Below are positions 1 through 10,000 of a DNA stretch of 64,000 bases, in pieces. Origin of the DNA: Auanema rhodensis. Lineage: Eukaryota; Animalia; Nematoda. Where the stretch lies: positions 3,720,001 through 3,784,000 of the forward strand of contig OZ059898.1 of NCBI GenBank assembly GCA_964057225.1, in the 5' to 3' direction. The notes beneath the pieces were generated by a model. That model was not told the DNA's origin, did not search any database, and was given only the letters and a program-made list of their open reading frames with translations. The stretch's first letter is position 1. Every line of letters begins with the position of its first letter. A program made the position numbers and the translations under genes.

Positions 1-48
1 TGTACATGGAAACTCAACATACAGTAATGCATCATTTTTCAAACGATC

Positions 49-166
49 ATAACTAATTTTTGTATCGAGCTTTTCTCAATATAGTATAGTGCATTCGATG
101 CGGATTTTTAAGCTGCGTCGATCTGTGTTATTAGATTTGCGCTAGCTCGAAAATGCACCGAGATAT
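49..166. other. Nested imperfect dyad within the monomer (first copy shown; present in all copies, with the middle pair usually degraded)
   Basis: ATAACT 49-54 / AGATAT 161-166; TCGAGCT 65-71 / AGCTCGA 144-150; TCGATGCGG 95-103 / CTGCGTCGA 113-121. All three pairs are centred at 107.5-108. Confidence 0.7.
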
Positions 167-258
167 CAACTGATATAGGTTCACACTTATATCCTCGATT
201 TTCACCCTGAAGAATTAATTTTTTCGTTGAATAACAATGTCCATCGTCTTTGTCTTGG

Positions 259-349
259 AAAAAGGAATCTAAAAACATCTACTTTTTGTGAAATTATTCG
301 GAAATTTTTCGGGAAAATTTTTGTCAAAATGTTTTTGGAAGCAATTTTG
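259..349. other. Phased A/T-tract segment with a degenerate 11-15-bp subrepeat (first copy shown)
   Basis: TTTTGTGAAAT / TATTCGGAAAT / TTTTCGGGAAAAT / TTTTGTCAAAAT / GTTTTTGGAAGCAAT, preceded by A5 tracts at 259-263 and 271-275. Confidence 0.65.
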
Positions 350-703
350 AGTGTACATGGAAACTCAACATACAGTAATGCATCATTTTTCAAACGATCA
401 TAACTAATTTTTGTATCGAGCTTTTCTCAATATAGTATAGTGCATTCGATGCGGATTTTTAAGCTGCGTCGATCTGTGTTATCAGATTTGCGCTAGCTCG
501 AAAATGCACCGAGATATCAAATGATATAGGTTCACACTTATATCCTCGATTTTCACCCTGAAGAATTAAGTTTTTTCGTTGAATAACAATGTCCATCGTC
601 TTTGTCTTGGAAAAAGGAATCTAAAAACATCTACTTTTTGTGAAATTATTCGGAAATTTTTCGGGAAAATTTTTGTCAAAATGTTTTTGGAACCAATTTT
701 GAG

Positions 704-1065
704 TGTACATGGAAACTCTTTTTCAACTCAACATACAGTAATGCATCATTTTTCAAACGATCATAACTAATTTTTGTATTGAGCTTTTCTTAATGTAGTA
801 TAGTGCATTCGATGCGGATTTTTAAGCTGCGTCGATCTGTGTTATTAGATTTGCGCTAGCTCGAAAATGCACCGAGATATCAACTGATATAGGTTCACAC
901 TTATATCCTCGATTTTCACCCTGAAGAATTAATTTTTTCGTTGAATAACAATGTCCATCGTCTTTGTCTTGGAAAAAGGAATCTAAAAACATCTACTTTT
1001 TGTGAAATTATTCGGAAATTTTTCGGGAAAATTTTTGTCAAAATGTTTTTGGAAGCAATTTTGAG
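704..1065 (+). repeat. Representative long (362-bp) monomer with the 11-bp segment TTTTTCAACTC at 719-729
   Basis: Reads GGAAACTC-TTTTTCAACTC-AACATAC. The + strand ORFs at 579, 941 and 1303 are spaced 362 bp. Confidence 0.97.
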
Positions 1066-4000
1066 TGTACATGGAAACTCTTTTTCAACTCAACATACAG
1101 TAATGCATCATTTTTCAAACGATCATAACTAATTTTTGTATCGAGCTTTTCTCAATATAGTATAGTGCATTCGATGCGGATTTTTAAGCTGCGTCGATCT
1201 GTGTTATCAGATTTGCGCTAGCTTGAAAATGCACCGAGATATCAAATGATATAGGTTCACACTTATATCCTCGATTTTCACCCTGAAGAATTAATTTTTT
1301 CGTTGAATAACAATGTCCATCGTCTTTGTCTTGGAAAAAGGAATCTAAAAACATCTACTTTTTGTGAAATTATTCGGAAATTTTTCGGGAAAATTTTTGT
1401 CAAAATGTTTTTGGAAGCAATTTTGAGTGTACATGGAAACTCTTTTTCAACTCAACATACAGTAATGCATCATTTTTCAAACGATCATAACTAATTTTTG
1501 TATCGAGCTTTTCTCAATATAGTATAGTGCATTCGATGCGGATTTTTAAGCTGCGTCGATCTGTGTTATTAGATTTGCGCTAGCTCGAAAATGCACCGAG
1601 ATATCAACTGATATAGGTTCACACTTATATCCTCGATTTTCACCCTGAAGAATTAATTTTTTCGTTGAATAACAATGTCCATCGTCTTTGTCTTGGAAAA
1701 AGGAATCTAAAAACATCTACTTTTTGTGAAATTATTCGGAAATTTTTCGGGAAAATTTTTGTCAAAATGTTTTTGGAAGCAATTTTGAGTGTACATGGAA
1801 ACTCAACATACAGTAATGCATCATTTTTCAAACGATCATAACTAATTTTTGTATCGAGCTTTTCTCAATATAGTATAGTGCATTCGATGCGGATTTTTAA
1901 GCTGCGTCGATCTGTGTTATCAGATTTGCGCTAGCTTGAAAATGCACCGAGATATCAAATGATATAGGTTCACACTTATATCCTCGATTTTCACCCTGAA
2001 GAATTAATTTTTTCGTTGAATAACAATGTCCATCGTCTTTGTCTTGGAAAAAGGAATCTAAAAACATCTACTTTTTGTGAAATTATTCGGAAATTTTTCG
2101 GGAAAATTTTTGTCAAAATGTTTTTGGAAGCAATTTTGAGTGTACATGGAAACTCAACATACAGTAATGCATCATTTTTCAAACGATCATAACTAATTTT
2201 TGTATCGAGCTTTTCTCAATATAGTATAGTGCATTCGATGCGGATTTTTAAGCTGCGTCGATCTGTGTTATCAGATTTGCGCTAGCTTGAAAATGCACCG
2301 AGATATCAAATGATATAGGTTCACACTTATATCCTCGATTTTCACCCTGAAGAATTAAGTTTTTTCGTTGAATAACAATGTCCATCGTCTTTGTCTTGGA
2401 AAAAGGAATCTAAAAACATCTACTTTTTGTGAAATTGTTCGGAAATTTTTCGGGAAAATTTTTGTCAAAATGTTTTTGGAACCAATTTTGAGTGTACATG
2501 GAAACTCTTTTTCAACTCAACATACAGTAATGCATCATTTTTCAAACGATCATAACTAATTTTTGTATTGAGCTTTTCTCAATGTAGTATAGTGCATTCG
2601 ATGCGGATTTTTAAGCTGCGTCGATCTCTGTTATCAGATTTGCGCTAGCTTGAAAATGCACCGAGATATCAAATGATATAGGTTCACACTTATATCCTCG
2701 ATTTTCACCGTGAAGAATTTATTTTTTCGTTGAATAACAATGTCCATCGTCTTTGTCTTGGAAAAAGGAATCTAAAAACATCTACTTTTTGTGAAATTAT
2801 TCGGAAATTTTTCGGGAAAATTTTTGTCAAAATGTTTTTGGAACCAATTTTGAGTGTACATGGAAACTCTTTTTCAACTCAACATACAGTAATGCATCAT
2901 TTTTCAAACGATCATAACTAATTTTTGTATTGAGCTTTTCTCAGTGTAGTATAGTGCATTCGATGCGGATTTTTAAGCTGCGTCGATCTGTGTTATTAGA
3001 TTTGGGCTAGCTCGAAAATGCACCGAGATATCAACTGATATATGTTCACACTTATATCCTCGATTTTCACCTTGAAGAATTTATTTTTTCGTTGAATAAC
3101 AATGTCCATCGTCTTTGTCTTGGAAAAAGGAATCTAAAAACATCTACTTTTTGTGAAATTATTCGGAAATTTTTCGGGAAAATTTTTGTCAAAATGTTTT
3201 TGGAAGCAATTTTGAGTGTACATGGAAACTCAACATACAGTAATGCATCATTTTTCAAACGATCATAACTAATTTTTGTATTGAGCTTTTCTCAGTGTAG
3301 TATAGTGCATTCGATGCGGATTTTTAAGCTGCGTCGATCTGTGTTATTAGATTTGCGCTAGCTCGAAAATGCACCGAGATATCAAATGATATAGGTTCAC
3401 ACTTATATCCTCGATTTTCACCGTGAAGAATTTATTTTTTCGTTGAATAACAATGTCCATCGTCTTTGTCTTGGAAAAAGGAATCTAAAAACATCTACTT
3501 TTTGTGAAATTATTCGGAAATTTTTCGGGAAAATTTTTGTCAAAATGTTTTTGGAACCAATTTTGAGTGTACATGGAAACTCAACATACAGTAATGCATC
3601 ATTTTTCAAACGATCATAACTAATTTTTGTATTGAGCTTTTCTTAATGTAGTATAGTGCATTCGATGCGGATTTTTAAGCTGCGTCGATCTCTGTTATCA
3701 GATTTGCGCTAGCTTGAAAATGCACCGAGATATCAAATGATATAGGTTCACACTTATATCCTCGATTTTCACCGTGAAGAATTTATTTTTTCGTTGAATA
3801 ACAATGTCCATCGTCTTTGTCTTGGAAAAAGGAATCTAAAAACATCTACTTTTTGTGAAATTATTCGGAAATTTTTCGGGAAAATTTTTGTCAAAATGTT
3901 TTTGGAACCAATTTTGAGTGTACATGGAAACTCAACATACAGTAATGCATCATTTTTCAAACGATCATAACTAATTTTTGTATTGAGCTTTTCTCAGTGT

Positions 4001-4099
4001 AGTATAGTGCATTCGATGCGGATTTTTAAGCTGCGTCGATCTGTGTTATTAGATTTGGGCTAGCTCGAAAATGCACCGAGATATCAACTGATATATGTT

Positions 4100-7000
4100 C
4101 ACACTTATATCCTCGATTTTCACCTTGAAGAATTAATTTTTTCGTTGAATAACAACGTCCATCGTCTTTGTCTTGAAAAAAGGAATGTAAAAACATCTAC
4201 TTTTTGCTAAATTATCTGGAAATTTTTCGGGAAAATTTTTGTCAAAATGTTTTTGGAACTAATTTTGAGTGTACATGGAAACTCAACATACAGTAATGCA
4301 TCATTTTTCAAACGATCATAACTAATTTTTGTATTGAGCTTTTCTCAGTGTAGTATAGTGCATTCGATGCGGATTTTTAAGCTGCGTCGATCTGTGTTAT
4401 TAGATTTGCGCTAGCTTGAAAATGCACCGAGATATCAAATGATATAGGTTCACACTTATATCCTCGATTTTCACCCTGAAGAATTAATTTTTTCGTTGAA
4501 TAACAATGTCCATCGTCTTTGTCTTGAAAAAAGGAATGTAAAAACATCTACTTTTTGCTAAATTATCTGGAAATTTTTCGGGAAAATTTTTGTCAAAATG
4601 TTTTTGGAACTAATTTTGAGTGTACATGGAAACTCAACATACAGTAATGCATCATTTTTCAAACGATCATAACTAATTTTTGTATTGAGCTTTTCTCAGT
4701 GTAGTATAGTGCATTCGATGCGGATTTTTAAGCTGCGTCGATCTGTGTTATTAGATTTGCGCTAGCTTGAAAATGCACCGAGATATCAAATGATATAGGT
4801 TCACACTTATATCCTCGATTTTCACCCTGAAGAATTAATTTTTTCGTTGAATAACAATGTCCATCGTCTTTGTCTTGAAAAAAGGAATGTAAAAACATCT
4901 ACTTTTTGCTAAATTATCTGGAAATTTTTCGGGAAAATTTTTGTCAAAATGTTTTTGGAACTAATTTTGAGTGTACATGGAAACTCAACATACAGTAATG
5001 CATCATTTTTCAAACGATCATAACTAATTTTTGTATTGAGCTTTTCTTAATGTAGTATAGTGCATTCGATGCGGATTTTTAAGCTGCGTCGATCTCTGTT
5101 ATCAGATTTGCGCTAGCTTGAAAATGCACCGAGATATCAAATGATATAGGTTCACACTTATATCCTCGATTTTCACCCTGAAGAATTAATTTTTTCGTTG
5201 AATAACAATGTCCATCGTCTTTGTCTTGAAAAAAGGAATGTAAAAACATCTACTTTTTGCTAAATTATCTGGAAATTTTTCGGGAAAATTTTTGTCAAAA
5301 TGTTTTTGGAACTAATTTTGAGTGTACATGGAAACTCAACATACAGTAATGCATCATTTTTCAAACGATCATAACTAATTTTTGTATTGAGCTTTTCTCA
5401 GTGTAGTATAGTGCATTCGATGCGGATTTTTAAGCTGCGTCGATCTGTGTTATCAGATTTGGGCTAGCTTGAAAATGCACCGAGATATCAAATGATATAG
5501 GTTCACACTTATATCCTCGATTTTCACCCTGAAGAATTAATTTTTTCGTTGAATAACAATGTCCATCGTCTTTGTCTTGAAAAAAGGAATGTAAAAACAT
5601 CTACTTTTTGCTAAATTATCTGGAAATTTTTCGGGAAAATTTTTGTCAAAATGTTTTTGGAACCAATTTTGAGTGTACATGGAAACTCAACATACAGTAA
5701 TGCATCATTTTTCAAACGATCATAACTAATTTTTGTATTGAGCTTTTCTTAATGTAGTATAGTGCATTCGATGCGGATTTTTAAGCTGCGTCGATCTGTG
5801 TTATCAGATCTGGGCTAGCTTGAAAATGCACCGAGATATCAAATGATATAGGTTCACACTTATATCCTCGATTTTCACCCTGAAGAATTAATTTTTTCGT
5901 TGAATAACAATGTCCATCGTCTTTGTCTTGAAAAAAGGAATGTAAAAACATCTACTTTTTGCTAAATTATCTGGAAATTTTTCGGGAAAATTTTTGTCAA
6001 AATGTTTTTGGAACTAATTTTGAGTGTACATGGAAACTCAACATACAGTAATGCATCATTTTTCAAACGATCATAACTAATTTTTGTATTGAGCTTTTCT
6101 AAGTGTAGTATAGTGCATTCGATGCGGATTTTTAAGCTGCGTCGATCTGTGTTATCAGATTTGGGCTAGCTTGAAAATGCACCGAGATATCAAATGATAT
6201 AGGTTCACACTTATATCCTCGATTTTCACCCTGAAGAATTAATTTTTTCGTTGAATAACAATGTCCATCGTCTTTGTCTTGAAAAAAGGAATGTAAAAAC
6301 ATCTACTTTTTGCTAAATTATCTGGAAATTTTTCGGGAAAATTTTTGTCAAAATGTTTTTGGAACCAATTTTGAGTGTACATGGAAACTCAACATACAGT
6401 AATGCATCATTTTTCAAACGATCATAACTAATTTTTGTATTGAGCTTTTCTTAATGTAGTATAGTGCATTCGATGCGGATTTTTAAGCTGCGTCGATCTG
6501 TGTTATCAGATCTGGGCTAGCTTGAAAATGCACCGAGATATCAAATGATATAGGTTCACACTTATATCCTCGATTTTCACCCTGAAGAATTAATTTTTTC
6601 GTTGAATAACAATGTCCATCGTCTTTGTCTTGGAAAAAGGAATGTAAAAACATCTACTTTCTGCTAAATTATCTGGAAATTTTTCGGGAAAATTTTTGTC
6701 AAAATGTTTTTGGAAGCAATTTTGAGTGTACATGGAAACTCAACATACAGTAATGCATCATTTTTCAAACGATCATAACTAATTTTTGTATTGAGCTTTT
6801 CTTAATGTAGTATAGTGCATTCGATGCGGATTTTTAAGCTGCGTCGATCTGTGTTATCAGATTTGGGCTAGCTTGAAAATGCACCGAGATATCAAATGAT
6901 ATAGGTTCACACTTATATCCTCGATTTTCACCCTGAAGAATTAATTTTTTCGTTGAATAACAATGTCCATCGTCTTTGTCTTGAAAAAAGGAATGTAAAA

Positions 7001-10000
7001 ACATCTACTTTTTGCTAAATTATCTGGAAATTTTTCGGGAAAATTTTTGTCAAAATGTTTTTGGAAGCAATTTTGAGTGTACATGGAAACTCAACATACA
7101 GTAATGCATCATTTTTCAAACGATCATAACTAATTTTTGTATTGAGCTTTTCTTAATGTAGTATAGTGCATTCGATGCGGATTTTTAAGCTGCGTCGATC
7201 TCTGTTATCAGATTTGGGCTAGCTTGAAAATGCACCGAGATATCAAATGATATAGGTTCACACTTATATCCTCGATTTTCACCCTGAAGAATTAATTTTT
7301 TCGTTGAATAACAATGTCCATCGTCTTTGTCTTGAAAAAAGGAATGTAAAAACATCTACTTTTTGCTAAATTATCTGGAAATTTTTCGGGAAAATTTTTG
7401 TCAAAATGTTTTTGGAACCAATTTTGAGTGTACATGGAAACTCAACATACAGTAATGCATCATTTTTCAAACGATCATAACTAATTTTTGTATTGAGCTT
7501 TTCTCAGTGTAGTATAGTGCATTCGATGCGAATTTTTAAGCTGCGTCGATCTCTGTTATCAGATTTGGGCTAGCTTGAAAATGCACCGAGATATCAAATG
7601 ATATAGGTTCACACTTATATCCTCGATTTTCACCCTGAAGAATTAATTTTTTCGTTGAATAACAATGTCCATCGTCTTTGTCTTGAAAAAAGGAATGTAA
7701 AAACATCTACTTTTTGCTAAATTATCTGGAAATTTTTCGGGAAAATTTTTGTCAAAATGTTTTTGGAACCAATTTTGAGTGTACATGGAAACTCAACATA
7801 CAGTAATGCATCATTTTTCAAACGATCATAACTAATTTTTGTATTGAGCTTTTCTCAGTGTAGTATAGTGCATTCGATGCGAATTTTTAAGCTGCGTCGA
7901 TCTCTGTTATCAGATTTGCGCTAGCTTGAAAATGCACCGAGATATCAAATGATATAGGTTCACACTTATATCCTCGATTTTCACCCTGAAGAATTAATTT
8001 TTTCGTTGAATAACAATGTCCATCGTCTTTGTCTTGGAAAAAGGAATCTAAAAACATCTACTTTTTGTGAAATTATTCGGAAATTTTTCGGGAAAATTTT
8101 TGTCAAAATGTTTTTGGAAGCAATTTTGAGTGTACATGGAAACTCTTTTTCAACTCAACATACAGTAATGCATCATTTTTCAAACGATCATAACTAATTT
8201 TTGTATTGAGCTTTTCTTAATGTAGTATAGTGCATTCGATGCGGATTTTTAAGCTGCGTCGATCTGTGTTATTAGATTTGGGCTAGCTCGAAAATGCACC
8301 GAGATATCAACTGATATAGGTTCACACTTATATCCTCGATTTTCACCCTGAAGAATTAATTTTTTCGTTGAATAACAATGTCCATCGTCTTTGTCATGGA
8401 AAAAGGAATCTAAAAACATCTACTTTTTGTGAAATTATTCGGAAATTTTTCGGGAAAATTTTTGTCAAAATGTTTTTGGAACCAATTTTGAGTGTACATG
8501 GAAACTCAACATACAGTAATGCATCATTTTTCAAACGATCATAACTAATTTTTGTATTGAGCTATTCTCAGTGTAGTATAGTGCATTCGATGCGGATTTT
8601 TAAGCTGCGTCGATCTCTGTTATCAGATTTGCGCTAGCTTGAAAATGCACCGAGATATCAAATGATATAGGTTCACACTTATATCCTCGATTTTCACCGT
8701 GAAGAATTTATTTTTTCGTTGAATAACAATGTCCATCGTCTTTGTCTTAAAAAAAGGAATGTAAAAACATCTACTTTTTGCTAAATTATCTGGAAATTTT
8801 TCGAGAAAATTTTTGTCAAAATGTTTTTGGAAGCAATTTTGAGTGTACATGGAAACTCAACATACAGTAATGCATCATTTTTCAAACGATCATAACTAAT
8901 TTTTGTATTGAGCTTTTCTCAGTGTAGTATAGTGCATTCGATGCGGATTTTTAAGCTGCGTCGATCTCTGTTATCAGATTTGGGCTAGCTTGAAAATGCA
9001 CCGAGATATCAAATGATATAGGTTCACACTTATATCCTCGATTTTCACCGTGAAGAATTTATTTTTTCGTTGAATAACAATGTCCATCGTCTTTGTCTTG
9101 GAAAAAGGAATGTAAAAACATCTACTTTTTGCTAAATTATCTGGAAATTTTTCGGGAAAATTTTTGTCAAAATGTTTTTGGAAGCAATTTTGAGTGTACA
9201 TGGAAACTCAACATACAGTAATGCATCATTTTTCAAACGATCATAACTAATTTTTGTATTGAGCTATTCTCAGTGTAGTATAGTGCATTCGATGCGGATT
9301 TTTAAGCTGCGTCGATCTCTGTTATCAGATTTGCGCTAGCTTGAAAATGCACCGAGATATCAAATGATATAGGTTCACACTTATATCCTCGATTTTCACC
9401 GTGAAGAATTTATTTTTTCGTTGAATAACAATGTCCATCGTCTTTGTCTTGGAAAAAGGAATGTAAAAACATCTACTTTTTGCTAAATTATCTGGAAATT
9501 TTTCGGGAAAATTTTTGTCAAAATGTTTTTGGAAGCAATTTTGAGTGTACATGGAAACTCAACATACAGTAATGCATCATTTTTCAAACGATCATAACTA
9601 ATTTTTGTATTGAGCTATTCTCAGTGTAGTATAGTGCATTCGATGCGGATTTTTAAGCTGCGTCGATCTCTGTTATCAGATTTGCGCTAGCTTGAAAATG
9701 CACCGAGATATCAAATGATATAGGTTCACACTTATATCCTCGATTTTCACCCTGAAGAATTAATTTTTTCGTTGAATAACAATGTCCATCGTCTTTGTCT
9801 TGGAAAAAGGAATGTAAAAACATCTACTTTTTGCTAAATTATCTGGAAATTTTTCGGGAAAATTTTTGTCAAAATGTTTTTGGAAGCAATTTTGAGTGTA
9901 CATGGAAACTCAACATACAGTAATGCATCATTTTTCAAACGATCATAACTAATTTTTGTATTGAGCTATTCTCAGTGTAGTATAGTGCATTCGATGCGGA

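Larger units (their letters stand above)
1..351 (+). repeat. Representative short (351-bp) monomer
   Basis: Reads GGAAACTC-AACATAC with no insert; next anchor at 352; 115/351 G+C by hand count. Confidence 0.97.
1..4100 (+). repeat. Variant domain A: mixed long/short monomers with CTTGGAAAAAGGAATCT and TGTGAAATTATTCGG; the GTATCGAG/CAATATAG alleles are confined to about 1-2.2 kb
   Basis: Diagnostic alleles read directly; boundary approximate. Confidence 0.75.

Noticed and set aside
296-314. CENP-B-box-like ATTCGGAAATTTTTCGGGA (and TTTCGTTGAA at about 222-231)
   Set aside because: The canonical box is TTCG-N4-A-N2-CGGG (7-nt spacer). Here the spacer is 9 nt and both halves are polymorphic. 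The second site lacks CGGG.
1-351. Monomer as an ancient dimer of ~175-bp halves
   Set aside because: No convincing similarity between the halves by eye beyond AT tracts. A self dot-plot would be needed.
1-351. Tandem 5S rRNA, tRNA, snRNA or spliced-leader gene array
   Set aside because: No recognisable 5S, tRNA cloverleaf, Pol III A/B box or known spliced-leader exon. AATTTTTG resembles an Sm site but is expected by chance in this composition. An Rfam/Infernal search would be decisive.
1-362. Assignment to similarly sized named satellites (Drosophila 359-bp/1.688, Tribolium ~360-bp)
   Set aside because: Only the length and AT-richness match. I do not recognise sequence identity and cannot run a search.
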